The notes below the pieces were generated by a model. That model searched no databases. It worked only from the letters and a program-made list of their open reading frames with translations, and was not told the origin of the DNA. A stretch of DNA of 64,000 nt from Sphaerodactylus townsendi. Taxonomy: Eukaryota. Of this stretch, positions 39,159 to 52,757 are shown one piece after another. Every line of letters begins with the position of its first letter. Positions within the stretch are counted from its first letter, which is position 1. The stretch lies in the NCBI RefSeq assembly GCF_021028975.2, contig NC_059430.1, forward strand, positions 56,606,001 through 56,670,000. The letters run 5' to 3'. Both the position numbers and the translations under genes were made by a program.

Positions 39159-39883
39159 GTATATCCAAGATTTAAGGGTATTTAAAACACTTTGTCTTGA
39201 GGATTTTTTGTGGGTGGAGGGGAGACTACATGCCAGAATGAAACAATAATTAAAACAAAACGTTAGAGAGAAAAAGGAATGGTTTCAAAATGAAAATCAC
39301 AACATAGCATTTAGTAATTGAGCACAGAACAAAACAAAATACACTCAAAAGTATGGGAAAGCAGGCATTTCCCCCCTTATATTTAAAATTTAACTTGCTC
39401 ATCATCAAGTCCATTCATGTGGTGAGGGAGTTCTATAATTTAGCAGCCATAACCTAAAGGGTACTGTTTTTGGTGCTCATCAACTTCATTTAGGACTTTC
39501 TAAGTATTAACTAGCATTTTGAACTGGACATAGGATCAACTCGGGACAATGTAGATTTTTAAGAATAGCAAGATATGGTCTTTGTGAATCACACTTAATA
39601 GTGGTATACTTGCTCTGTTTTATACCAATTGAAGGTTCTACATTGTCTTCAAAGGATTTCTCCAGTATTCTAGTTACATTACTTACAGTCCCATCTGTGC
39701 GGGTGGGGGGATTTACTGACGGGAGTGGTGTGGGTGGCACCAGTGAATTTGTCCTCCCTGGGGTATGTGCCCTGAGGGGCAAATCCAGTGGCCTACCCTG
39801 GTGGTGGGACACGGCGTGGGACATCACACCAGTGTCTCTGTTCCTCCGTCGCCACTGGCAGTATAGTGGGGGCAGTCTGGGGG

Positions 39884-40119
39884 CATGGCTGGGGGAGGAG
39901 ATGACATTAGTTGGCTTCCTCCCAGCCATCGTTCCCATTGTGCCAGCGGCCAGAGCTTCAGACATATGTCATCAAAAAGGTGGCATAAGTCTATTAAGCC
40001 CCATGGGGGCTTCCTGGTGGTGGGGAGGTTTTTTCATATTTTAGACTTCCTCACACCACTGGGAAACCTCCTTGGGGGCACTGCGGCTGCCCACACACCC
40101 AGCCTTTTGGATGGGGCTG
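39884..40119 (+). repeat. Dispersed non-autonomous repeat (same family as 34380-34666)
   Basis: gcatggctgggggaggagatgacattagttggcttcctcc...ggatggggctg. Confidence 0.7.
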
Positions 40120-40331
40120 TTAAGACTTCAGAAAGAAATCCTTATGCTATTCTCTATTCTACTGTAGAAGGATGCGACTGAAGATCTCACACTGTTTGCC
40201 TCTTGGAAACAAGAAAACCTGTATATCTCAAGTAGATTCAAACCCAGTAGCACCTTAGAGGCAAAGGAGATTTTCAGGGTATGAAGTTTTGAAAGTCAAA
40301 TCAGACCTTTTGTTGAGGGCAACAATGGGGT

Positions 40332-40489
40332 NNNNNNNNNNNNNNNNNNNNNNNNNNNNNNNNNNNNNNNNNNNNNNNNNNNNNNNNNNNNNNNNNNNNN
40401 NNNNNNNNNNNNNNNNNNNNNNNNNNNNNNNNNNNNNNNNNNNNNNNNNNNNNNNNNNNNNNNNNNNNNNNNNNNNNNNNNNNNNNNNN
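40332..40489. other. Assembly gap (158 N)
   Basis: Run of N. Confidence 1.
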
Positions 40490-40883
40490 TATTTTCCTTG
40501 TGACCTCTTTTTCCTGATGTGCTGCCTTCCGCTGATTGGTCTCAGGCATTGGAAAGTTGAATGTTGAATTGGGTTTTAATTGTGTACTCTAATTTTATCT
40601 ATTCTCGTAAATTGGTTGTTGTGAGCTTCCCTGAGCCCATCTTCACAGAAAAAAGTTGGCTATAAATTAAATGAAATAATAAACCGGATCTTAAGACTGG
40701 CTGAGAATGCTAAATCATTAATAATAAAAGGGTCTATCTGTCATTTCTGTGGCAGGAATAACTCCTTCAAAAATAAACTTAGGTGCCTCAGTATTGACCA
40801 CCATTGTTAAGATGATTGTGAACGTTGCATTGCCAAACATGAAAGGAACTGGAACATTCTGGCCCATGCAATCCCCAGATACG

Positions 40884-40949
40884 CCGCTGCCGCCGCCGCC
40901 GCCACCACCACCACCACCACCACCACCTCCTCCTCCTCCTCCTCCTCCT
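40884..40949 (+). repeat. Compound trinucleotide microsatellite (CCG)n(CCA)n(CCT)n
   Basis: ccgctgccgccgccgccgccaccaccaccaccaccaccaccacctcctcctcctcctcctcctcct. Confidence 0.97.
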
Positions 40950-41295
40950 CTGGAACCTATGGTTGTCTATGGCAGTAATAGGCATTCTGAAACAACAGTT
41001 ATGGCATTTAAAATTGGCCTCTACCTTCAGAATATTAATGGGAGCTGCTGGGCCCAAAACAAAAGGAATCAGAACATTCTGATCTGGTCCCTCTGTTATC
41101 TGCAGACTCTTTACCCTTGCATTGGAAGCTACTGCTGACTGTGGCAAGCATAATAAATCCAAAAATAATGCTAGGAGACTCTAAATTCACACAGTTCTGA
41201 AAAACCCCACTTCTCCATTTTTTTCATTGGAAGATGTGGTTATTTGTGGCAGACGTAAGTCATCAGAAAACAAACCTAGGGAGTTCAATATTGGC

Positions 41296-41512
41296 AGCCA
41301 GCTTGTGGTTGAAGTGTTATCCTAGGATCTGGGAAAACCAGGTTTGAATCCCCATTCATGCCTTGGAAGCTAACTTGGTTATTTTGGACCAGTCATAACC
41401 TAACCTATCTTGCAGGATAAAACAGAAGAGAGGAGAATTATGTAAGTCACTTTGGGTTCCCATTAGGGAGAAAAGCAGGACATTCATAAAGTAAATAAAT
41501 CAGTAAATAAAT
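41296..41512 (+). mobile_element. Degenerate CORE/Squam3-like SINE
   Basis: B-box-like ggtttgaatccc, ttggaccagtca, tail aaataaat; same architecture as 12841-13138. Confidence 0.65.
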
Positions 41513-43114
41513 ATTGTACCCCAACTAGCCAAACAGTAGTTCTCACAGACCTCACAATTTCCTTGCTTTCTTCAACTCACCCTCTCATCTTCATTCTCCT
41601 ATAAGATAACTTGCTGTTCATAAAGTATTATTTGTTCCTACTGTAGACTGTCATGTGTGTTCCCATCACCTATCTCACCTGAATCTGTATCTGTCCTGAT
41701 AATTTCAAATTAAGCTTACTCTTTAAATGGATTCTGGCAGCAGATTCAGCAGCTTTTCATCAGATTTCTCTGTACATTTTCATAGACAATTAAATAGTTA
41801 ATAACACAATAGCAAGGAGGTGGCAGCTATAAAAGACACGCTTGAGTGTTTCATGGAAGCTAAACAGCAACAGTGAACTGTTTGGAAGTATGAGATATTC
41901 CATATCAAACAAGAATAAGAGAGAATGCCCATTGCTTGAAGCATGGTTTTTAAAGGTTTGTTGGAAGACTATTCACAAAACATCTTTATCCACATTCCTC
42001 GAACAGCTTTTTATTGCTGCAGATAACTTCTTTCATTCTGTTGCTTTCAGTAATCTTCTTTCCATTGCCATATTCCAGTTTTCTAAATACAGGCAACATA
42101 TGCAAATGTGAGACCATTTATCATGCATATGATTCATTCTAAAATTAGAATATCTGATTTGCATGACTTCATCTCTGCTTCTGCTTACTACTGCAGTTAG
42201 TGAAACTGGAAAAGGGAGAAATGTATATTGCATTAGAAACAAGGGGCTTTGCCCCACTCACTGTATTCACCAACCACAAAACTTGCAATATTTAAAGGTA
42301 AATATTTAAATACTAAATAAGCAGTTTTGTTCCCACCAAATGAGCTGAAGCAACAGCAAACATGATCAGCCATTTTTGCAAACTGTGCCCAAAATCTGAT
42401 TTACAACAAACATTATACCCCACCAGTTTCCCCAATGGGGAAACAAAATGGCTCACATTGTTTTCCTTTATACACACAACCAGTGTTCCCTGTAAACCAT
42501 GCAGGTGTGCAGCCGTGCAATCACCATATTGGTCCACGCAGATAAGGGGCCGCCCAACTGGGGAGCTCTCCCGGGTGGCTCAGTTCTGTACAGCACTGGG
42601 CAACTTCCATGCAGTATCAGGGGATTTTTAGATGGATTATTGTTCACAAAAACCGTGTGGAGTATATTTGCCTGAGTGGGTTTCACTCGCCCAAAGTCAG
42701 ACAACCTTCAACTGCAGAATGGATGATAGAATGTTGATCTTAGTATGATATTCTAACCACTATACCACACAGACTGCGATAGGTCAGGGGAGCTGTTAAA
42801 CAACCTCTCCTTTGGTTTTTTTCCCCCCAGAAAGGTAATATTTTCCATCTTCCTTGTCTGTTTGATTGCCCCTTGCTGGCTTCTCTTGAGTAAACCTTTG
42901 CTTCCATAACAAATATCAGAAGTTTGTTTGGGAGACAATTTATGCCCTAATGGTATGATTCTCTTTGGGGGTGGGGAGGGACACTAGAGGTCCCATCATT
43001 ATCCAAGCTGGCTGCCAATATTGAACTCCCTAGCTTTGTTTTCTGATGAGTTATGTCTGCCACAAATAACCACATCTTTCAATGAAAAAATACAGGAGAA
43101 GTGGGGGTTGTTAG

Positions 43115-43216
43115 GACTGTGTGGGTCTGACAGGCCCAAGGTCCAACCAAGCTTCCAAGGCATGACTGGAGATTCAAACCTGGGTCTCCCAGATCTTAGT
43201 ATAGCACTTTAACCAC
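43115..43216 (-). mobile_element. SINE 5' fragment (CORE/Squam3-like)
   Basis: ggcccaaggtc..ccaagcttcca...gattcaaacctgggtctcccagatc is the reverse complement of the SINE head. Confidence 0.6.
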
Positions 43217-43375
43217 AGGTACCAGGCAAAGAGGTGCAGATGATAGTACTAAAGTAATAGCAGCACTTCCTTGTGTGGTGGTGTCATCCTTATTTCAATT
43301 GCAATTTGGGCATTGAATATTCTTTCCACTGATGCTGTAGTGCTTCTTTTTATATTTGGTAGCTTTGGTTCATTT

Positions 43376-43510
43376 TCTTGAGACAGGAACTGCATGATCA
43401 AATAGAGCTGATGAGCAAAATGGACTTCAAAATGGAAAAAAAGTTAAAATATCTGGGTATTATGTTGACAAATATTAGTGTATGTTATTTCAAAATAACT
43501 GTATTAAAAT
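43376..43510 (+). mobile_element. L1/Tx1-like ORF2 micro-fragment
   Basis: DFKMEKKLKYLGIMLTN parallels DFKIEKKIKYLGIFLTG at 50828-50878. Confidence 0.65.
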
Positions 43511-44349
43511 GGCCTGCCACCTGCCAAGACCTTCCCTGTTCCCTCCCACCCCACCTCCCTTCCCTCCCCCCCCCCCCGCCTTACCATGACAGAGTCATGA
43601 GGACGTCAGAGTTGGGTGCACAGAAACATTATTGAAGAGGTGCTGTCTCCAAACTACTGCCTTGTCTTGACTGTTGACCAGCCCCACTCCACTCCAAAGA
43701 TGCACAGCATGGTGCCTTTTGTGTGGCAGCTGCAGACTCATCTGGCACCAGCCATGGGGACTCCTTCATGTGCTGGATGCATCCCCAGTGGGCCTATCTC
43801 TAGCCTGGATGCAGCATCTGCAGCAATGGCTTATGAGGTGTCTGCTGAACACTTGAATTGGGTGATGGTGCATCCCTTGGTCCATTGTGGCTGCCTTGAG
43901 AGCTGGGTCAGCAGCACTGTAGCCACTGACCCAGTCCCCAGGGTCTCTAGCTCACCCTGGCTAATGGCCATCCTGTAGCTATCCCATTCCAACTGTGCAG
44001 CCATAACTTCATTATTCATTCCTGCTGCTGCAGCAGTGAGTTCCCTTTCCTGCAATGAGATCACACAGTGGTTACAGGGGCAAGAGTTGGGTCAGTCATT
44101 TGGTTCTGATTTTGGGCTCCCCATGCAACCATGTCCCATCAGCCTTCTCTGACCTGCCCTCCTGGGCCCCCTTGGCCATATGGATGCATGAGGGGAAATG
44201 CCTACGCCCTTGCAGCTGACTTCTGGGCAGCTCCAAGTTGACCCATGTAAGGAACAAAAGGGAGTTCAGCCCTGAAGGTGGTGTGTCACCTGTCTTTTAG
44301 CTTTCTGGCCACTAGTTCTCAGCTCACAACCTACAAAGTATTTGTGCAC

Positions 44350-44935
44350 ATCATTTCATTTACAGTCCAAGACCAGAGAATAAAAGTATCATAGTACATA
44401 CTACTGGAATAATGCAAAAAATACTAAAATAATACAAACTTTACAAGAGCATTTTCAATCTTAAAATATAAACATCCTGATAAAATTATAAATGACTAAC
44501 ACAGACTTTCCTAATTTTACTTGCTATCTACCCAAATTTGGCTACACTGTAGGTGATCTCCTAGTTCCTATCTATTAGCATAACTATAGGAAGAGTCTTT
44601 CTATCTCATCCTGGAAAGTGAGAAACTATAGGAGTAATGAGACTTTCCCTAATATGACTATAAATCTTACTATCAAATAAAATATGCTCCAATGACTCAA
44701 TGATCCCTTCGCCACACAAAAATAAACATTCTGCTAGAGATATTCCTTTGTATTTGCCATAGAGGATGGCCAAGGGTAACACATATTTTAATGCAGTAAA
44801 AGTTCTTCTATAGTCAGAATTATCTAAGTAGTTAACATAAGGCATCAGAACAACCTGATTTGTATGTATATTACATATGTATAATAGATATAATATGTAT
44901 AATAGATTTACATACTGGAATCCTAAATTTATATT
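44350..44935 (-). mobile_element. Non-LTR retrotransposon C-terminal (CCHC-like) fragment and 3' end; clade uncertain
   Basis: YLDNSDYRRTFTALK..LPLAILYGKYKGISLAECLFLCGEGIIESLEHILFD resembles the C..CG...E...H..F.C zinc-knuckle region of LINE ORF2. Confidence 0.6.
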
Positions 44936-45119
44936 AGAAAATAGCAAGTGTAAATAACTGGGGGGATTTATCTCTTTTTTTTGTGCTGGGGTGTAAACAT
45001 TTACGTCTTTGTGGAATTCACTGGTGGTGTCCTTCTTACAAAACTTTTTAAAAAATGAAACATTTTTTAAAAAATGAAACATTTTTTAAAAATGAAAACT
45101 TCCAATCTTTGCTTTCTGC

Positions 45120-45258
45120 TTCCGCACATGCAGAATAATACACTTCTAATCCACTTTCGCAATTGTTTGCAAGTGGATTTTGCTATTCCGCACAGTAAAA
45201 TCCAGCTGCAGAGTACATTGAAAGTGGATTGAAAGTGCATTATTCTGCATGTGTGAAA
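45120..45258. mobile_element. Palindromic MITE (PIF/Harbinger-like)
   Basis: ttccgcacatgcagaataatacactt..aatccacttt and aaagtggattgaaagtgcattattctgcatgtgtgaaa form long imperfect inverted arms. Confidence 0.8.
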
Positions 45259-45989
45259 TGGGCCTCTGTGAATTTTCCTGTTTTCTTTTCAGAATGAGTT
45301 TCCTGTTTTCTTTTCAGAATGAGTTGCATTTCCCCCCTTTTTATGAATACATGTTTGCTAAATGAGCCGAAAAGGGTTAGGGTCTTTCAATGGTTTTGTT
45401 TGATCCATCAAATAAAAGGCTTTTTTCTTTTGGGGTGGGTTTTTTAATTTTTTAAATAGTTTCCTGAATTCTGGAAGTATGAATTATCTTTGGCTCTCAC
45501 AAGGTTTACTATCCTGTTTAGCACTGCCTAAATACTTGATTTTGGAGATCTGCTTTGTTAAAATATATTTTGGTTTGGAATGTCTTACAATGAAATATAC
45601 CTGTTACAGTTTGGGTTTGTTTTGTTTTTTGTTTTTCTTTGTACCACTATTATTTATGTTTGATTTTTGCACAGTGTAAATTGACATATGGTTTAGGCTA
45701 TATGTACAGTAAAACTATGGGTTATAAATGTTTGGGGAAATTCCTATGGAAAAAAGAGAATGCTATGTAGAACAACCACTGACACCTTATGTGCATGCTC
45801 AAGGTGTTTTTTTTTTTTGAAATTTCAGTGTATAAATTTCTGTTCACCTTTCACAAAATAAAATATATATTAAAAAAGAACAACCTTATTTAGAGTACTT
45901 GGGGTATAAAGAACACTCTTAACTTTGTTCAGATCATACTGTCTTTCTACATCCAAAGTTCTCTGTTTCACCATCTCCTTTGCTTGGGC

Positions 45990-48116
45990 ATAGTCCATGG
46001 TTATGAGAAGTTGTGGTGAGAGACAAAAAGCAGGCGCCGCACAACAAGAAGCAGCATCTGGCTGAACAGCCGGCAACAAGCACCAGCGACCCAAGACGCT
46101 CTTCGCCCCCCATCACAGGAGGAGACAAGGGAAGGGGGCCGGCAAGGTGTTAGCGACCCATATATGGCCATGGGACACCGAGAAGACTGTGGAGAGTCTT
46201 CAAGCTGCGCCAGCGACCCGGGCAGGGCTGCAACAGGCGCGAGCTCTTCTTCTGCCACTTCAGAGACCTCCGGTTCCAACACCACAGTCAGGCAATACTG
46301 GGCAGGGGGAAGCAGGAAAGAGAGGGCAGCTTCTGGTTCTCATTACCTGACCCTGAGTCTTGGCAGAATGCTTCCCCAAGGGAACTCATAGAGCTGCTTA
46401 GCCACACCATGAGAGAGGAGATTCACCTTTACCATGAGGGAAGGGAGTCCAGGCGTAGCCACAGGTCTCTTTCTTTTCCCAGATCCCATAGCCTGATACT
46501 GCCAGGGAGACTCATAGATCACCCAGTCCCCAACTCTCCAGGGAGGGCTGCAGACCAAGGGACCCCCTCTCCCTTCCAGGGAATCGTGACATCAGTGAGG
46601 GGGAGCTAGAAGACCTCTCTGATCATTTTTTCAGATCTGGAGGAAACCCCAACTGAAACAACAACAATAATAACAGTGGTAACAACAATTCCTTTCTCCT
46701 CTTGGAAAACCAGGGAAGAATTTCCAGACAGACAGACCCAACTGCTCCTGACTACCTGTCCATCCCGGTCGGCGGCCACCTAAAACACTATCAACATCTC
46801 TGGCAGGGCAGCCACGTCGACCAATGGACAAAAGAGGTCATCATGTCCAGATACCTCATAGAATTCTTCAAAATGCCAAAGCCATGCTTCCTGTCATTTC
46901 CCAGACATTCTCGACTGAACAAGGCACAAAGAACAGAAGTGGCAAATCAATTATCTCCTCAACATACATACAGTAGAGCCAGTCCCTGCATGGGAGAGGG
47001 CTTTAGGGGTGTCTCCAGCCGTGCCCAAGTGGAACTTCTTTACCGTGCCCAAGCGAAACGAAGATTGGAGTGCAATCCTGAACATACATTTCATCAACAG
47101 GCACATCAAGCTGCAAAAGTTCAGAATGGAAACCCTTCGGTCCATCACAGAGGCTCTACACCCAGGGGACTTCTTGACATCATTGAACCTGGCAGAAGCA
47201 TACCTGCATGTCCCAATCAACCTGATTCACAGGAGATTTCTATGTTTTGCAGTAGAAACCAACCATTACCAATTGAGGGCACTTTCCTTCGGCCTGGCAA
47301 CAGCGCCCAAGGTATTTTCCAGGATCCTGATAGCCCTCATCATTCTGCTGCGGGAACAGTGGATCCATGTGTACCCCTACCTAGATGACCTGCTCATCTG
47401 GTCTGCCTCCAGGGATCAGACCAGACAGGATGTGGAACGGGTCCATCAAATTCTGAGTCGACATGGGTTCCTGGTCAGCCTTCAGAAGAGCTGTCTAGTA
47501 CCCTCCAGAAGAGTGGAACATCTGGGTGCTCTCATTGATACATCCTGCAATTCTCTCTTTGTGCCAAGGGACAAGGTCCTCAACATTCAGTAGGCGATAA
47601 CAATGGTCCTTTCAGCCAAATCAGCGTCCCTTCTTCAGATGCCCAGTTTCATGGGCCTGTTTATTTCCATAATAGACATGGTCCAATGGGTTCGCCTGCA
47701 TGCAAGATCCCTGTAACAGTTTCTGAGACCCTTCCAGCTCCAAATTATGGAAAAGAAGGACCGAAAACTGCAAATTTGCAAATTAGACCTGATAAGCCCA
47801 TTACCTTCTTTAGTGAGAGTTAAACTGTTACCTTTAGTCATGACTGGAGCCTTTCCGTCTTGTTTCTGTTTTTTAAATTGTTCATGTTACGGTTTACCAT
47901 TCTTGTTATTTCCTGTTATTCTGTTACTGCAAAAGTTTTGTACTGCTTTGTCAGTGATTTATTGGAGGACAAGATGACTACCCAAGCCTACCATAGGAAG
48001 TGACAGAATCTGAGTTCCTGCCTCCCTGAGGAAGTGGTTGGGAAACCACCCAGCAAGATGTCCTCCTGCCTACCAGGAGAAGGACCCTTCTCGGTAAGTA
48101 ATCAGTGGACCGTTCT
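45990..48116 (+). mobile_element. DIRS retrotransposon remnant (family C): gag end, RT, large internal deletion, right terminus
   Basis: IPVGGHLKHYQHLW, DQWTKEVIM.RYLIEF, RT ORF; homology lost at ~47770; terminus caagatgtcctcctgcctaccaggagaaggacccttctcggtaagtaatcagtggaccgttct. Confidence 0.88.
47009..47593 (+). pseudogene. DIRS reverse transcriptase core fragment
   Basis: FFTVPKRNEDWSAILN, KFRMETLRSI, SLNLAEAYLHVPI, LSFGLATAPKVFSR, VYPYLDDLLI, KSCLVPSRRVEHLG; in-frame stop at 47591-47593. Confidence 0.92.
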
Positions 48117-50089
48117 TGATAAAATTGCAGCATCATCTGCTTGAAGTAGGATGGAGATATGTTTATCTACCATTTTGGGGAAACTGGAAGGAGAGCTCAG
48201 CCACACAGAGCATGTGGACTTCCCAGAAAGGTTGTTTCACATTGCCCAATAATGCAGCTCTATGAGCTTCACCACAGCTTTTACTGGCATAATTTTGCAT
48301 CCGAAAAAGTGGACATTCCTAGCATGTAAGGACTCAGGGAACCTAACTTCAATCCTGCTCCTGGAGATGCCCCCTTTGCCAGAGGTGCACCACTACTACA
48401 GCTGTGCTGGTCCCCCTGTGGCACACTCTTATGCCACTCCCAAGTGCTGTCATATGTGCCCCGGCACCATCATAAAACCTCTTTATGCAGGCACATTTAT
48501 ACTGGCATTTATACTGGCCCTAGGATCATGCTTCCTCCACAGCATTTTTGCACAGCACCTTGGATTGTGCTGTGAGTCACTGTCACAAGTTAGGGATAGA
48601 GTTTCTTATTAGCTGAGGTTCAGTCGGGCTCATGGCTGCTCTCCTGTACTTCTAGAATATTCTCTTTGTTGTTGCATCAGTTTATTCTTGGCAGTTTTTG
48701 CTGTTTCAGTATTGGCTGCAAGGTTGGAGTCATGAGATAGATACTTCTAGTTTTTACCTACACATGCCCTGATTGCCTCAAAAGCAAGCCATCATTAACA
48801 AGATGTCTGCATTTAGTTTATTTTCCATGACTGAGTCTCAAATGAGAAGGAAATCCCACAATTTGTTATGTTTTTACTATTATTGTATCTCATTTATTCA
48901 TTTCCTTAAGCATGAATCAGACAGTTGCAGGTAATTGCTTGCTTTCAGCTTCTCAGTGGAAAATTTCCATATTTTTATGTCTGTCTTGGCAGTGGAGAAC
49001 ATTTTACATCTCCAGGGAATAAATTGTAGAAGCTGTGAACTACTTATTTTCATAATATTCCTTATTATTCTGCCACATTTCTATCATTCTCAATTACAAG
49101 AAAATGCTTGATTCTTTGGCAATAAGATTGAATTAATAGGTTTGGGAGATGTGTGAAATTAATTTTTTGAATAGCCATGTGATGTACAGTTCAGCAAAAC
49201 TGTGAACCACAATAAGCTGCATGAAAAGTTTCCATTAAAGATTACCACAACAAATGTGAAAAAAAAATATTTACCTGATTAGGCTTCTGTATAATCATCT
49301 TGCTGATTTGATGCTACTTTTTTTTCCTTTTTTTGAATCATTTTCATTTTAATGTCTTGGGATACATATAGATTCTACTCTTGAAGATGCAGCATGTGTC
49401 ACATTCTATAATCTTACAGTTTCTCATCCTCATACTTATTAGCTAAATTCTTATTTAACACGTCGTATGACTGGAAATTTGTTTTAACTTAACCAGATTG
49501 AAATTAGAGTAATTTATTTGGTGTCTTATCTAGAGTAGAGCTTAAGCGAAGTGCAGAGAATGAGAGGCCTATCAGACTATGGTTTTCTGTTTTGGGGGCC
49601 TGGGATTCCTTGGAAGGTGATTGGTAGGTGATTTCACTTCCATGGGTATTCTTGTTTCTAGAGCACAGAGAAGGGTATCTAGATTAATATTTTGGGGGGT
49701 TTGTGTGTTGATTAAAATTATACTGCACTTTGAACAAGTCAATATCAAATTTTAAAAGCCCATTGGAATTCATTGTTAATAGTTTTGAATTTTAGGTATG
49801 ACTCAATAAATTTTAGTTATACTGGAACAGATGAGTTTGTGGTGACTGAAGGTACACATTGATGTGCCTACATTGTAATGTGCTTTCTTTTCAGATTTTT
49901 TCTGAAAATATTTTTTTCTGTAGACATAATGCATTGTTGTTTATTTTACTAAAATAGTGAAAAATGTTCCTTCTTTTTCTAGGATTATTTAAATTGTTAA
50001 TGTTACATGTGATGATTTTTTTGCAACATCTAATAAAAATAAATAACTATTATACTTAACGGGTGTACCTAGTCTTCTTCTTGATAGAG

Positions 50090-51985
50090 TGTCTTCTTGA
50101 TAGACATTAATTCCCAGAAATAAACAGCCCCTGAACCGGATGAATTTAGATCAATCTCATTGCTTAATACTGATTACAAAAATTTTTCTTCAATCCTGGC
50201 AAATAGACTTAAAAAGATATTAAATGAAATTATTAATGATGACCAAGCAGGGTTTTTTTAATCAAATAGAAATACAAAATTCAGTGTCAGGACAGTTATT
50301 GATAATATTGAGCTGTTAGACCATAAACCAGACATTCTGGCTGCATTAATTTTTTTGGACACTTGTAAGGCCTTTGATCAAGTTAATTGGTTATTCCTCA
50401 AAGAAACTCTCTCAGAATTAGGAATACAAGGCTCTTTTAATAATGCCATATCAGCAATATGCACTAATCAAAAAGCTAAAATTAAAATTAATAATAACTT
50501 CTCTTGATCAGCAATAATATAAAGGGCGACCAGTCAGGGTTGCTAGTCAGGATTGCCCGGTTTCTCAACTTTTGTTTATTCTGGTTGCAGAAGTTTCACT
50601 TAATACAGTAAGAAAAGATAATCTTATTAAATGTATTGAATATACAGGGAAAAAGTAAAAACTAAAAGCGTATGCCGATATGGTATTTTTTTGTAATAGA
50701 CCCAATAGAAAACATACACAAACTGATAAATGAGTTTGGTAATCTAGCAGGTTTTAAAATAAAAAAACCTGTAATGCTGACCAAAAATTAAACTGCTAAG
50801 ACTAGTAAGGAATTGGAAGATAAAACTGATTTTAAGATTGAGAAGAAAATTAAATACTTAGGAATATTTCTGACAGGCAATAATCATAATATATTTCAGA
50901 ATAATTATATTAATTGATGGAATAAGATAAGAGTATAAGTAAATGTATGGAATCTAATTAACATATCACTATTGGGAAGGATTTCACTGATTAAAATGAG
51001 CGTACTGCCAAAATTTATGAACCCATTTAAAAATATCCTATTAATTGAAACTGAAAAGCCTTTTGTTGACTGGAATAAAGAAATTATGAAGTTCAAATGG
51101 AGTGGGAAAAAGCCACGTATTAAATACATTAATATGGTAGATGAAAAAGTAAAAGGCAGACTTGTGGTAGCAGACCTTAAGTTTTATTGCAATGTCAATG
51201 CATTGATCTGGATTAGTGAATAGATGTCCTTAAAAAATGAATCCATTCTCAATCTAGAAGGCTGTGGGATTCCAAGTGTTTGGCATGGCCAACTTTGGCC
51301 AGACAGAAAGAAAAAACCTACATGAACTACAGTTATCAAAAACCACTATGTTAGGAAAACGCTACTTAGAATCTGGGTCAAATATCAAAAAAATATTCTA
51401 CAAGACGATACCCAGATATTTATCAACAATGGACTCATTACAAATTAGAGATGTTAATGTAGGCCGAAAGGACCCAGATATAAAGACCTAATAAGAAAAG
51501 GAAAGGATATATTTATTTTCACAAGTAGAGACTCAATAACTTTTAATGACAAAATATGTCATTGATATACGTACGATCAAATATATATTTTTTCAAAGTG
51601 GATGGATAATCGTGGGGACTCCATTTGAATGAGAATGCCCTAGACAGAATTTTACTAAAAGAAAAGAAACAAATTAGTAAATTATACAAGGCCTTATTAC
51701 AATATAAAACAGAACAAGAAACGATGAAACAAACTATGGAGGAAAATCTATTAATTTACCCCTTGTGTTATTTTGAGAGAGAACAATTTTAAAATGTTTT
51801 ATAGATGGTACCAAACCCGCAAAAATTAGCCAAAATGTATAAAGCGTACTCACCAACCTGCTAGAAATGCAATAAGAGAATCGGCTCTTTTATACATGTA
51901 TGGTGGACCTGTAAAAAGATTAAAATATTCTGGAAGAAAATCCATATCCAAATACAAAGAATTCTTGGTTTGAAATTTCAGCTTA
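50090..51985 (+). mobile_element. L1/Tx1-like LINE ORF2 (RT to C-terminus), degenerate, 5'-truncated
   Basis: ISLLNTDYKIFSSILANRLK, DDQAGF, KAFDQVNW, QGC, AYAD, KYLGI, GRISLIKMSVLPKF, FKWSGKKPRIK; many stops and frameshifts. Confidence 0.9.
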
Positions 51986-52207
51986 ACTTAACTGTTAAGT
52001 CCTGTATTCACAGATCTCAAACTCTCCACAAACCATTTACACCTTCTTCTTGACTTGACATTGATGGCAAGATTGTTATTAGCTTCCAATTGGAGAACTC
52101 TGGCAGTTCCTTCCATAGAGGATTGGGTGTATAAAGTGCAAGAGTTCAGTATTGCTGAGGATCTCGCAGCACCTCAACTCCAGTCCCATGGAAGTAACAA
52201 CGTCTAA

Positions 52208-52560
52208 GACTGGGGTGTTGTGTGGTTTCCGGGCTGTATGGTTGTGTTCTAGTGGCATTTTTTCCTGACGTTTCGCCTGCATCTGTGGCTGGCATCTTCA
52301 GAGGATCTGATGGTAGTAAAGCAAGTGGAGTATATATACCTGTGGAATGTCCAGGGCGGGAGAAAGAACCATTTGCCTGTTAACAGGTGTAAAGGGTGCA
52401 GTTAACAAGCTTGATTTGCATGTGTTGGGTGGGATCCATCCATTTAGCATGTGAGTAACCATGAAGATAGCATAACTGCCTGGAGACATCCTTTGTTTGG
52501 ATGGTGTTCATTAGTCACTGTTCTGATTCTAGTGTTTTTCAGTACTTCTAGCCACTTTTT
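52208..52560. mobile_element. Penelope-type element terminal fragment
   Basis: gtgttgtgtggtttccgggctgtatgg..ctgacgtttcgcctgcatctgtggctggcatcttcagaggat; shares sequence with 5806-5883; family name from recall. Confidence 0.6.
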
Positions 52561-52667
52561 TCCACTGGCACTGGGTGTCTTGGTATTAGCCTGAACCGTA
52601 GGGAATAATCCAACCGGCTCAATTTTCCAAGCCTTCCTGATGATGGTCAGGACAGTCGTCTTTCCAC

Positions 52668-52757
52668 TATTTATTTATTTATTTATTTATATTTTAGATT
52701 TATAGGCCGCCTCTTCCCCGAAGGGCTCTTCCCCGAAGGGCCTCTTCCCCGAAGGGC
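52668..52757 (-). repeat. L2/SINE-type 3' tail with (TTTA)n and a triplicated ctcttccccgaaggg unit
   Basis: atttatttattt...gccgcctcttccccgaagggctcttccccgaagggcctcttccccgaaggg; compare 36598-36643. Confidence 0.7.

Noticed and set aside
40289-40567. ORFs spanning the N run
   Set aside because: Artefacts of translating through the assembly gap.
44606-45082. 158-aa minus ORF as a host gene
   Set aside because: Its start comes from an AT-rich tandem repeat and its C-terminal half is a LINE remnant.
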